Of a stretch of DNA of 64,000 nucleotides, positions 34,601 to 47,136 are shown in pieces. The notes below the pieces were generated by a model that saw only the letters and a program-made list of their open reading frames with translations, searched no databases and was not told where the DNA came from. Location of the stretch: the NCBI RefSeq assembly GCF_011386835.1, contig NC_088803.1:5642001-5706000 (forward strand). Direction: 5' to 3'. The stretch comes from Chrysemys picta bellii. Taxonomy: Eukaryota. Position 1 is the first letter of the stretch. Each line of letters begins with the position of its first letter. Both the position numbers and the translations under genes were made by a program.

Positions 34601-37600
34601 CCTTCCCTCCATCCCTGTCTGCTTCCCTCTATCCCTCCGCTGGCCCGGCTCCTTCTTTCCCTCCATCCCTCCACCGGCCCGGCTCCTTCCTTCCCTCCAT
34701 CCCTCCGCCGGCCCGGCTCCTTCCTTCCCTCCATCCCTGTCTGCTTCCCTCTATCCCTCCGCTGGCCCGGCTCCTTCTTTCCCTCCATCCCTCCACCAGC
34801 CCGGCTCCTTCCTTCCCTCCATCCCTGTCTGCTTCCTTCCACCTCCCCACATTGCTACCCACCCCCATCCCCCACCTCTGGCAGGAGTGGGTGTCTGGAG
34901 CCAAACAAGGGGGCCCTGCTGGGGGAGGACCCAATACCGGGACCCCCAGCAGAACACACACCCCTTGTCTGGGCCTGGCCCTCACCCCCCCACACACACT
35001 CCTTCTCCCATCCCTCCTTCCACCCATCCCTCCACGCTCCATCTGCCTCTCCCTCCCTCCATCCTCCCATCCCTCCTTTCATCCATCCTCCCACCACCCA
35101 CCCCTCCATCTCCACACCCCTCCTCCCATCCCTCCATCTCCACATCCCCTCCATCCCTCCTTCCATCCACCCATCCTTCCATCCTCCCATTCACCATCCC
35201 TCCTTCCATCCATCCCTCCATCTCCACATGTCATCCATCCATCCTTACATCCCTCCATCCACCCATCCTTCCATCCTCCCATTCCCCATCCCTCCTCCAT
35301 CTCCACATCCCATCCTCCCACCCCCCATCCCTCCATCTCCACATCCCCTCCATCCCTCCTTCCATCCACCCATCCTTCCATCCATCCCTCCATCTCCACA
35401 TCCCCTCCATCCATCCTCCCACCCCCATCCCTCCATCTCCACATCCCCTCCATCCCTACTTCCATCCACCCCTTCATCCATCCTCCCCCCCATCCCTCCA
35501 TCTCCACACCCCTCCTCCCATCCCTCCATCCCCCATCCTTCCATCTCCACATCCCCTCCATCCATCCTCACATCCCCATCCCTTCATCCACCCCTCCACC
35601 CCTCCTTCCATCCACCCCATCCCTCCCCACATCCCCTCCTTCCATCCACCCCCATCCCTCCTCCCATCTCCTCCAGCTCTCCATGCCCCGTCCACCCCCC
35701 TCCATCCCTCCTCCCATCCCCCATCACTACACCCCCTCCATCCTCCTCTCCATCCATCCTTGACTTCATCCCCCACACCCCTCCATCTTCCTGTCTCAAG
35801 TCCTCTCTCCTCCTCTTCCTCCATCCCCCCTTTATCACTCTCCTCTCCTTCCCCTCCCTCCATTTTCTCTGTCCCGTTCCCTCTCTCCTTCCTCCCTGTC
35901 CTCGGTCTCCTTCCCCTCCCCTCCATTCTCCCTATCCCATTCCCCCTCTCCTTCCTCCCTGTCCTCGGACTCCTTCCCCTCCCCTCCATTCTCCCTGTCC
36001 CATTCCCCCTCTCCTTCCTCCCTGTCCTCAGTCTCCTTCCCCTCCCTCCATTCTCCCTATCCCATTCCCCCTCTCCTTCCTCTCTGTCCTGCTCTGTCTC
36101 CTTCCCTCTCTCCATCCCCCTCCTTCCCTCTCTGTCTCCTTCCCCCTCCACCCGCCTCCATCCCTCTCTGTCTCCTTCCCCCTCCACATCCCACCTCCAT
36201 CCTCCTCTGTTTCCTCATCCCTCCATCCTCCTCTGTCTCCTTCCCCCCTCCTTCCCTCTGTCTCCTTCCCCCTCTCCATCCCTCTCTGTCTCCTTCCCTC
36301 TCTCCATCCTCCTCCCTCTCTCCTCTGTCTCCTTCCCCCTCTCCATACCCCTCCATCCCTGACACCTTCCCTTTCTCCAACCCCCCTCCATCCTCCTATC
36401 TCCTTCCCCCTGTCTCCTTCCCTCTCTCCATCCTCCTCTGTCTCCTTCCCCTTCTCCATACCCCTCTGTCTCCTTCCTTCTCTCCATCCCCCTCCCTCTC
36501 TCCTCTGTCTCCTTCCCCCTCCATCCCTCTCTGTCTCCTTCCCCTTCTCCATCCCCCTCCATCTCCCTCTGTCTCCTTCCCCCTCCACATCCCACCTCCA
36601 TCCTCCTCATCCCTCCATCCCCCTCTGTCTCCTTCCCCCTCTCCATCCCCCTCCATCCCTCTGTCTTCTTCCCCAACCTCCATCCCTCTCTGTCTCCTTC
36701 CCTCTCTCTATCCCCCTCTCCATGCCCCTCCATCCCTGTCATCTTCCCTTTCTCCATCCCCCCTCCATCCTCCTGTCTCCTTCCCCCTCTGTCTCCTTCC
36801 CTCTCTCCATCCTCCTCTGTCTCCTTCCCTCTCTCCATCCCCCTCCCTCTTTCTTCTGTCTCCTTCCCCCTCTCCATCCCCCCTCCATCCTCCTCTGTCT
36901 CCTTCCCCCTCTCCATCCCCCTCCCTCTCTCCTCTGTCTCCTTTGCCCTCTCCATCCCCCCTCCATCCTCCTCTGTCTCCTTCCCCCTCTCCATCCCCCC
37001 TCCATCCTCCTCTGTCTCCTTCCCTCTCTCCATCCCCCCTCCATCCTCCTGTCTCCTTCCCTCTCTCCATCCCCCTCCCTCTCCCCCCCCCCCCCGCCCG
37101 TTCACACGCTGCCAGCCGGAGTGAAGCGATGGGAAATCGATCCCACTTACTCTGCTCGCTGGAAGAGGGGGCTCCGCCGGGGGTGGGGATGGGGGGGGAG
37201 CTGGGCTCCGGCCGCTCCCCTCCTCCAGCGCCTCCCCCTGGCTCAGGCCCGGCCCGCGGATCGATCGGGGCGCCGCCGGGGCTTCCCCATTGATTTACAC
37301 TGGCCCGCGCCCGCCCTGCTCCGCTCCCTCGCTCCGGAGCTGCCGGCAGCCGCGCCACACAATGGAATAATCAATTTCCCTCCCCCCCCCGCCCTCCAGC
37401 GCCCCGGCGGGGGGGCGGCAGGGAGCAGGTGCAGCTGAGCATGATGGGAAATGTAGTCTCTCGCCCCCCCCCCCCGCAGGCTCTGCCCCCCCCGCCTCTG
37501 CACCCTGGGAAGGACAAAAGTGTGCGGGAGGGGGAGCCGGGGGGGTGGGCTGGGAGTGTCTGACCCCCCCAGAGCAGGTGCACTGTCTCCCCCACTGCCC

Positions 37601-40600
37601 CACAGCGGCCCCTAGAGGGGAAAGGCCTTGTGTCTCCACCCCAGCCAGCAAGTCCCCCCTGGGCCTGGCGGCAGCGCCCCTCTGAGCCAGCCAGGGCCCC
37701 CAACCCAGTCCCACCGTATCCCAGCCCCCCACAAGCTTTCCCCTCCCGACCCCCTTGCGAGGGAGAGCAGGGCTATTCTCTGCATGGGGAAACTGAGTCA
37801 CGGAGCAGCTCAGGGGGTTCACCCCACCCCCGGCCCAGCCCGTGGCAGGGCCGGGAGCTTGGGGTCAGCCAGCCTGTCTGGACAGGGCACCCTTGAACTC
37901 CACCCTGCCTTGGGGGTGACAGCTGGGGGGATGGGGAAAGTGGCAGGGGTGTTTGTGCCCCTCCCCCAACCCTCCCCCCTTCCCCCATCCCATCTCCCTC
38001 ACCTCACCCCACCCCAACCTGACCCTCCAGCCCTTCCCCAACCCCAATCCTCCAGCCCCTGCTAACCCCCGCTCCCATTGCTCCAATGCCCCCCACACCC
38101 ATAGCCCTGAACCTCCCACACCCCACCTTCCATACACCCCAGATCCCTTCCCTTCCCCCTAAATCTGCCCCACACCACATCCCCTGACCCCCTCCCCACC
38201 CACCCTTGATCCCAGAGCACTTCGCTCATGCCCCCTACAACCTCCCCATCTCCCCTCCGCCTCACAGCCTTTCCCTCATAATCACCCCCCACCGCTCCGC
38301 CCGCATCCCCCCCCCCCCCCCCCCCGGCTGCCTCTGCACTCCCTTCCGTGGCCAGTGGTGCTGTCAGACTAAGAGAGAACACCAATAATCAGCTGTGTGC
38401 CTGCCAAATAGTCCAGCCCCCCCGGCTCTAACCACTAGACCCCAGTCCCCTCCCAGAGCCAGGGAGAGAACCCAGGAGTCCTGGCTCCCAGCCCCCTGGC
38501 TCTAACCACTAGCCCCCACTCCCCTCCCAGAGCCAGGGAGAGAACCCAGGAGTCCTGGCTCCCAGCCCCCTGGCTCTAACCACTAGCCCCCACTCCCCTC
38601 CCAGAGCCAGGGAGAGAACCCAGGAGTCCTGGCTCCCAGCCCCCCGGCTCTAACCACTAGACCCCACTCCCCTCCCAGAGCCAGGGAGAGAACCCAGGAG
38701 TCCTGGCTCCCAGCCCCCCGGCTCTAACCACTAGCCCCCACTCCCCTCCCAGAGCCAGGGAGAGAACCCAGGAGTCCTGGCTCCCAGCCCCCTGGCTCTA
38801 ACCACTAGCCCCCACTCCGCTCCCAGAGCCAGGGAGAGAACCCAGGAGTCCTGGCTCCCAGCCCCCCGGCTCTAACCACTAGACCCCAGTCCCCTCCCAG
38901 AGCCAGGGAGAGAACCCAGGAGTCCTGGCTCCCAGCCCCCTGGCTCTAACCACTAGCCCCCACTCCCCTCCCAGAGCCAGGGAGAGAACCCAGGAGTCCT
39001 GGCCCCCAGCCCCCCCTGCTCTAACCACTAGACCCCACTCCCCTCCCAGAGCTGGGGAGAGAACCCAGGAGTCCTGGCTCCCTGCCCCCCCTTTCTAACC
39101 ACTAGCCCCCACTCCCCTCCCAGAGCCAGGGAGAGAACCCAGGAGTCCTGGCCCCCAGCCCCCCCTGCTCTAACCATTACTCCCCTCCCAGAGCCCAGAA
39201 TAGAACTCAGTAGTCCCTGCCTCCTGGTCCACAAGGGGTTAACCCCATCTCCACATTAAGGACCCCCCATCCTGCTGCTCTTAATTTCAGCTTTCCGGTC
39301 ACCATAGCAACTGGGAGCAAAGAAGCGAGACAGACGCTGTTGGCGGGGCGGGGGAGTGAGACAGAGATAGAGGCCAAAGACACCGGTTTTCCCAATCCCT
39401 TAGTCGTCTGGAACTACAGCTCCCAGAATGCCCTGGTCTCCTGGAACTACAGCTCCCAGAATGCCCTGCTCCCTCTGACACTACAGCTCCCAAAATGCCC
39501 TGCTCCCTCTGGCACTACAGCTCCCAGAATGCCCTGCTCTCCTGGAACTACTATGCCCAAAATGCCCCACTCCCTTTAGCACTACAGCTCCCTGCATGCC
39601 CTGCTCCCCTGGAACTGCAACTCCCAGAATGCCCTGCTCCACTGGAACTACAGCTCCCAGCATGCCCCGCTCCCCACCACTTTGCGACGAAGCACATTAA
39701 TTCTCCAAAGAGAAAACTCCAGCCCCGCCCCCACGCCGCTGGCCGCGCGACAGCTGGGACCGGCCAGGTCAGTGCTGGCCCCGGGACCCCCTCGGGCAGG
39801 GAGTGGGGCGGGGGTGAGCGAGGTGCACGTGGTGTCGGGAGTGGGGCACCCTGGGGCAGGGAACTGGGCTGGGCTGGAGTGCCGTGGGGCAGGGGGCAGG
39901 ACTGGATTGGAGGTGCTGTGGGGCAAGGAGCTGGGCTGGGGCACCGTGGGGCTGGGTGGTGGGTATCGTGGGGCAGGGAGCTGGCCTAGGGTGCTGTGGG
40001 GCTGGGTGGGGGGGGTGCTGTGGGTCAAGGAGCTGGGCTGGGGTGCTGTGGGACAGGGAGTGGGACTGGATGGGAGGTGCCGTGGGGCAGGGAGCTGTGG
40101 GACAGGGAGTGGGACTGGATGGGAGGTGCTGTGGGGCAGGGAGCTGGGCTGGGGTACCGTGGCGGGTATCGTGGGGCAGGGAGCTGGCCTAGGGTGCTGT
40201 GGGGCTGGGTGGGGGGGGTGCTGTGGGTCAAGGAGCTGGGCTGGGGTGCTGTGGGACAGGGAGTGGGACTGGATGGGAGGTGCCGTGGGGCAGGGAGCTG
40301 TGGGACTGGATGGGAGGTGCTGTGGGGCAGGGAGCTGGGCTGGGGTACCGTGGCGGGTATCGTGGGGCAGGGAGCTGGCCTAGGGTGCTGTGGGGCTGGG
40401 TGGGGGGGGGTGCTGTGGGACAGGGAGTGGGGCTGGGTGGGGGGGGTGCTGTGGGACAGGGAGTGGGGCTGGGTGGGAGGTGCCGTGGGGCAGAGAGCTG
40501 GGCTGGGGTACCGTGGCGGGTATCGTGGGGCAGGGAGCTGGGCTGGGGTGCTGTGGGACAGGGAGTGGGACTGGATGGGAGGTGCCGTGGGGCAGGGAGC

Positions 40601-41217
40601 TGTGGGACAGGGAGTGGGACTGGATGGGAGGTGCCGTGGGGCAGGGAGCTGGCCTAGGGTGCTGTGGGGCAGGGAGTGGGGCTGGGTGGGGGGGGTGCTG
40701 TGGGTCAAGGAGCTGGGCTGGGGTGCTGTGGGACAGGGAGTGGGACTGGATGGGAGGTGCCGTGGGGCAGGGAGCTGTGGGACAGGGAGTGGGACTGGAT
40801 GGGAGGTGCCCTGGGGCAGGGAGCTGGGCTGGGGTACCGTGGCGGGTATCGTGGGGCAGGGAGCTGGCCTAGGGTGCTGTGGGGCAGGGAGTGGGGCTGG
40901 GTGCAGGGGGTGCTGTGGGACAGGGAGTGGGACTGGATGGGAGGTGCCGTGGGGCAGGGAGCTGGGCTGGGGTACCGTGGCGGGTATCGTGGGGCAGGGA
41001 GCTGGCCTAGGGTGCTGTGGGGCAGGGAGTGGAGCTGGATGGGAGGTGCCGTGGGGCAGGGAGCTGGGCTGGGGTGCTCTGGGGAAAAAGCAGGGAAGGA
41101 GCAGGGGGCCGGGACCAGGGGGTCGCTCTGGGGAAAAAGCAGGGAAGGAGCGGGGGGCCGGGACCAGGGGGTCGCTCCGTGGCTCACTCCCCCTCTCCTG
41201 TCCCCAGAGGGGCCGCA

Positions 41218-42239
41218 ATGCCGTCGGGCAGCATCGAGGTGGAGTCGAAGTTCGAGGCCGGGCCAGACACGGAGGCCAGGCTGGCGGCGCTGGGGGCAGC
41301 CCCGGCCGGGAGCTCGTCCTTCCGTGACCTTTACTACGACACCCCCGACCTGCGCCTCACGCGGGCTGACCACTGGCTGCGGCTCCGCCAGGGGGCCGGC
41401 TGGGAGCTCAAGTGCCCCCCGGTGCCACGCGGAGGAGCCGAAGGGTCCAGCCATGACCTGGGTGCCGCGTCCCCGGAGCCGCCAGAGGGCACCGGAGGGT
41501 CCAGCCTTGTCCCGGCTGCCCTGTCCCCGGAGCCGCCAGCAGGGGGCGCCAGAGACTCCAGCCATGTCCCAGATGCCCTGTCCCCGGAGCCTCCCGCCAT
41601 GGCCACCACCTACCAGGAGCTGACGAGCCCCCGCGCCATCGTGGGCCGGTTATGCGGGGTGCTGGGCGTGGCCCCCGTGCCTGGCTGGGCCCAGGTGCCT
41701 GGGGCCGTGGCTGGGCTGGGCCTGCAGGAGTTTGCCAGCTTCGTGACCCAGCGCCGCAGCTACCGGCTGGGGGGCCTGCGGGTGGACCTGGACCAGGCAG
41801 ATTTCGGCTACGCTGTGGCTGAGGTGGAAGCCCTGGTGGGGGCCCAGGAGGACGTGCCGGCGGCGCTGGAGGAGGTGCTGCAGCTCCGGCGGGCACTGGG
41901 TGAGCAGCGCTGGGGGCACCAGAGTAGGGGCTGGGGGACAGGGACGCCCCCACTGACCAGGGTTTCTCTCCCCTCCTAGGGCGGGACGGTGCCACCCGTG
42001 TGCCGGGCAAGATGAGCGTCTACCTCCAGCGGCATCGCCCCCGGCACTACCAGGAGCTACTCCTGGCGGGGGTGCTGGCCGGGGACCCGCAGCTGCCCCC
42101 CCATGGCAACAACACTTCTGAGCCTGAGATGCTGGCCACACGGGGCCCCTCCAAAGTCATGGAACTGGCGGGGGGGCCGGAGGGTGAAACGGGGCCCCCT
42201 AGTGCCGGGGGGGGGATTGGGCACGGACCGGCCCCCTAG
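41218..42239 (+). CDS. THTPA: Thiamine triphosphatase, copy 2; exons 41218-41899 and 41980-42239, 313 aa
   Basis: Near-identical to copy 1 (GWDQ>GWAQ, GDN>GNN, EKG>ETG). A 9-G versus 8-G run shifts the last residues and the stop. Confidence 0.93.
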
Positions 42240-42783
42240 TGCCGGGGGGAGATTGGGCATGGACCAGCCCCCCCCTCCGCAGCACAGCGCCCCCTAGCGC
42301 CGGGAGCGATTGGGCACGGACCGGCCCCCTCCTCCCAGCTGCAGCCCATCTAAGGATCCCCCGGTCACAGAACAGGGCTCTAACACCAGAGCGCCATGGG
42401 GCCGGCCCACGGCCGAGCGGCTCCCTGCTCCCTTGGCCTTGGTGGCTCACTGCAGCGTGACCCCCAGTCACACGCCAGCACGCGCCCGGCTTGGCCCCAG
42501 GCCCGAGGGCGGAAACAGAGGAAAGCTGCAGCTGTGGCACCCGCCCCCGTTTGATCCCCTGGGGGAGAGCATGGACAGCTGCCCCCCCCCCCCCCCAATT
42601 CAACCCAGTTAGGCTAGGATGAGGCAGCCAGACCGAGGGGGGGGAGGGAAGTTCAGACATGGCAAAGAGCTGGGGGCTAGGGGAGGTGTTAAGGGTTATG
42701 CTGGGCTCCGGTTGCCGAGCAATGGGGTCCGTCAGCTCCCTTGGGGGGACCCTTGGCCTAAGTTGCGCAGGCAATGCTGCAGC

Positions 42784-43560
42784 GCAGCGCCCCCTCGTGG
42801 CCGAGGGACGGGCCCCAGCAGCACAGCGCCCCCCTAGTGACCGGCCGAGGGACGGGCCCCAGCAGCACAGCGCCCCCCTAGTGACTGGCCCGGGGACGGG
42901 CCCCAGGGCACAGCGCCCCCCTAGTGACTGGCCCGGAGACGAGCCCCAGGGCACAGCGCCCGCCTAGTGACCGGCCCGGGGACGGGTCCCAGGGCACAGC
43001 CCCCCCCAGTGACCGGCCAGGCGACGGGCCCCAGGGCGCAGCGCCCCCTAGTGGACACGTGGACCAAGAGACGGGCCCCAGGGCGCAGCGCCCCCTAGTG
43101 GACACTTGGACCAAGAGACGGGCCCCAGGGCGCAGCGCCCCCCTAGTGACCGGCCCGGGGACGGGCCCCAGGGCACAGCGCCCCCCTAGTGACCGGCCCG
43201 GAGACGGGCCCCAGGGCACAGCGCCCCCCTAGTGACCGGCCCGGAGACGGGCCCCAGGGCACAGCGCCCGCCTAGTGACCGGCCCGGGGACGGGCCCCAG
43301 GGCACAGCGCCCCCCTAGTGACCGGCCCGGAGACGGGCCCCAGGGCACAGCGCCCGCCTAGTGACCGGCCCGGGGACGGGTCCCAGGGCACAGCCCCCCC
43401 AGTGACCGGCCAGGCGACGGGCCCCAGGGCGCAGCGCCCCCTAGTGGACACTTGGACCAAGAGACGGGCCCCAGGGCGCAGCGCCCCCTAGTGGACACTT
43501 GGACCAAGAGACGGGCCCCAGGGCGCAGCGCCCCCTAGTGGACACTTGGACCAAGAGACA
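42784..43560 (-). repeat. Minisatellite of CTCF-like motifs, copy 2 (~18 units)
   Basis: Five exact GCAGCGCCCCCTAGTGGAC units plus one CAGCGCCCCCTCGTGGCC, and about 12 weaker variants, all co-oriented. Confidence 0.78.
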
Positions 43561-43678
43561 TGTTCAGGGGCTTGATTTTATTGTCTAAACATTCTGTCCA
43601 CATGTGAGAGTTGCTGGGGGGTGATGTGGGGGTGGGGTCATCGCTCCATGGGGGGGGCGGGGGGCGAGCGTCGCTCCA

Positions 43679-46600
43679 CTATTGCCTCCGGAAACCTACA
43701 AAAGAAAGCGAATAAGGGAGTGCGGAAGGAGAGCAAGCAGACGAGTGACAGATCCCAGCCCCCACTCTCCTCCTAGAGCCAGGAGAGAACCCCGGCGTCC
43801 TGGCTTCCTGCCCCCCCAGCTCTAACCCATTACAGCCCACTCGCCTTCCAGGGCCAGGCCCCTGGTGACCGGACTCCCAGCTGGTTCTAGCAGCTCCGCG
43901 GGCTGCTGTTCACCTGTGGAACCCCCCGCCACTGGCTTTGGAGGGGCTGCCCTTCCACTCACCCTTCTTCCTTCCCCTCTTCGCACTCATCTTCCTCCTC
44001 CTCTTCCGCTGGGGGCTCAGAGCCTGGCAGGGGAACGGAGATAATTAGCTGAGGGAGGTTCAGCCCCAGCTTCCTCCCCTCCCCCCCCATTCCACGCTAC
44101 CTCACCTCTCCAGTGGGGGGCGCTGCCCCGGTCAGGGCGCTGATATCACCGAAGTGGGTCAGGGAGTGGAGCTGGGCCCCCAGCGCGGCCGCCCGGCGCC
44201 GCCGGGCCTTGTCCTGCCGGCTCACGTTCAGCCTCACCAGCATGGCCTCCTCGTAGCGCCTCCTGCAACGACCGGAACGGGGAGCCTGGGTCCCGCTCGA
44301 ACCGTCAGTCCCACTCCCCTCTGCCCCCCAAGCCAGGAGAGAACCCAGGAGTCCTGGCTCCTAGCCCCTCCCCCGCTCTAACCACTAGCCCCCACTCCCC
44401 TCCAGAGCCAGGACAGAACCCAGGAGTCCTGGCTCCCAGCCCCCCACTCCCCTCCCCGAGCCAGGACAGAACCCAGGAGTCCTGGCTCCCAGCCCCCCAG
44501 TGCTCTAACCACTAGCCCACACTCACCTGTGCTCATCCTCCTGGCTCTGCCTGGTCGCGTGCAGGTAGCGCCCTTCGCGGATTTCCTCCGGTGCCTCCGA
44601 GAACTGTTCTTTCAGCTCCCGGATGACGGAGCTGCTCAGCGCTCGCTTCTTCGCCTGCTCCAGGACCTTCTTCTCCCGCTCAGCCACCGTCTCATCTGAG
44701 GAGGGGCAGAAGGGGGGACGGATGGCGATGCAGCCACCTCTGGGGTGGGGCGCGGGGGCTGCGTACAGGGGAACCCCTCACCCAGCGCTGAGATGCGGCC
44801 ACCTCTGGGGTGGGGCGCGGAGGCGGAGTATAGGGGGACCCCTCACCCAGCGCTGAGATGCGGCCACCTCTGGGGTGGGGCGCGGAGGCGGAGTATAGGG
44901 GAACCCCTCACCCGGTGCTGAGATGCGGCCACCTCTGGGTGGGGCGCGGGGCTGGGTGCGGAGGCTGGTTATACAAATCCCGCTCTCTTTCTGGCTAGAG
45001 CCCAGGTGGCCAGGCTCCCAGCACGTACCATAATGCACCGGGACCAGCCGGGGTGGGACGTATTTCCGGACCCCTCCTTTGGCCAGGGGCTTCTTCCCAG
45101 CAGCTTTGCCTTCAGTCCCGTCCGCCTCCTCCTCGTCACTCAGCTGCCCAAGAGAAAACAGCCTGTCAATCAAGGGCTGGTCCCGCCCTCCCCCACGGCA
45201 GGCCAATCCCAGGGGAACCCCATTCCTCCTTCCAGAGTCAAGACAGAGCCCAGGAGTCCTGGCTCCCGGGCCCTCCCCCGCCCCGCTCTAACTACCAGCC
45301 CCCACTCCCCTCCTAGAGCCAGGGACAGAACCCAGGAGTCCTGCCTGCCCCTCCCCCTCACCTTGCTCATCATGTTCCCAGGGTCTGGTTTGAATCTCAG
45401 CGGATTGTCATCTCCTGCAACGAGAGCGCCCCCGGGGGGGTGTGGTCAGCAGAGGGCCCAGTCACCCCGCACCCCACCCCCCTCGGTGCCCCCAACTCAC
45501 CCACGGCGCCCGTCACAGCCACCTTCACCAGCTTGTCAACCTGGTACCGGAGTTTCTGCTCAATGGGGCGCATCTTCTCCAACACCTGGGGGGGAGGAAG
45601 AATGTGGTGGTGGGGTCAGACGTGGGGAGATCCTGCCCCCTAAGAACCACCCACCGCACCCAGGAGTTCAGGCTCCCAGTACCCCCTCTGCTCTAACCAC
45701 TAGTCCCCCTCCCCTCCCAGAGCCAGGGATAGAACCCTGGAGTCCTGGCTCACAGCCCCTCCCCCCGCTCTAACCACTGGACCCCACTCCCCTCCTGGAG
45801 ATACCCTCCAGAGCCAGAACCTGCCCTCCAGCAGTCCCCCCGCCCCCCCAAGACCTCTCCCTCTGGGCCCCCCATAGGCTCCATCGCCCACCCACCGTGC
45901 GCAGCTCGGCCAGGCGCAGGACAGCCGGCTGGGCAGCCAGGGACCGGCCTGAGGTCTTCTCCAGCACCAGCTGGGCCAGGTCCTGGAGATAGAACAGCAG
46001 CAGCTGGGCCTTCAGCTCCAGGAAACTCAGCCCCTGCAGAAGGGGGAGAGGCATCACGGGGGGGGGCAGAATGGGGGGATGGGGACACCCGGGAGAGGGA
46101 TGGGGGCACAGGGGCAGGATTGGGGGGGGGGTGGGGACACCCGGGAGAGGGATGGGGGCACAGGGGCAGGATTGGGGAGGCACCCGGGAGAGGGACAGGG
46201 CAGGATGGGGGGGGGACACCTGGGAGAAGGACAGGGCGACAGGGGCAAGATGGGGGGGGCACACCCAGGGTAGGGGAGAGCAGGGGTGGGGGCAGGATGG
46301 GGGAACACCTGGGGGGGGTCTGGCATCAGAGTCGGGGGCGGATCACCATGAGTGGGGGAGAAGAGAACGCAGCAGGTCGTCCCCCCGCGCTCTCACCTTC
46401 TCTGTGGGGAAGGCGCCGGCTCGGACCCTCTGCAGCAGCCCCTGGACATGGGCCGTGACCCCGACAACCTGGGGGGGGGGGCAGAAAGGGGGTGAGTAGG
46501 GACCTTTCCCCTGGGGGGCGGCAACGATCCAGGATCTGGGGGGTCGGGGTCTCTCTCACCTGCTCCTGGAGTGATCCCAGCAGGGCCAGCGCGGGGGGCA

Positions 46601-47090
46601 GGTCGGACACCAACTGTTCCTGCAGGGTGGGGAGACTTTAAACCGAGCCACCCCTGCCACTCCCCCTCCCACCAGTACACCCCCAGCCTCCCCATGTGCC
46701 CCACACCCGGATCCCCTTCCCAGCCCAGCCCCGTGTGCCCCCCGGACCCCCTCCAGAGCTCCCCCATGTACCCCACACCCGGACCCCCTCTCTCAGCCCC
46801 CCCGTGTACCCCACACCCGGATCCCCTTCCCAGCCCCGCCCCGTGTGCCCCCCGGACCACCTTCAGAGCTCCCCCATGTACCCAACACCCGGACCCCCTC
46901 TCTCAGCCCCCCCCGTGTACCCCACACCCGGATCCTAGCCCCACCTCGTGCGCCCCCTCCAGAGCTCCCCCATGTGCCCCCACCCAGATCCCCTTCCCCA
47001 ACCCCCATCGTGAGCCCCACAGACCCCGTTCCCCAGCCCCACACCCGGATCCCTCACCCGCAGCCCGGGCCACGCCGCCGCCGCCTCCAT
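43679..47090 (-). CDS. NGDN: Neuroguidin (EIF4E-binding / SSU processome Sas10-Utp3-C1D family), complete, 11 exons, 319 aa
   Basis: Exons 47090-47058, 46619-46560, 46468-46397, 46033-45896, 45585-45501, 45414-45362, 45143-45029, 44695-44527, 44262-44106, 44023-43963, 43695-43679 total 960 nt. Protein includes SDLPPAL, GAFPTEKGLSFLE, LRFKPDPGNMMSK, KYVPPRLVPVHY, RALSSSVIRELKEQ, QLHSLTHFGDISALTG. Confidence 0.96.
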
Positions 47091-47136
47091 CCCGGCCTCC
47101 CCGCACAGTGGGACACGCGGCGCCGGGCGCTCTCGC

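Larger units (their letters stand above)
25661..46500 (+). repeat. Copy 2 of duplicated block (likely haplotype B)
   Basis: Colinear with 4942-25160. Differs mainly in minisatellite unit number plus scattered substitutions. Confidence 0.92.

Noticed and set aside
6072-47050. Regularly spaced repeats as a CRISPR-like array
   Set aside because: Units are directly tandem with no unique spacers, there are no cas genes, and the context is a spliced vertebrate locus.
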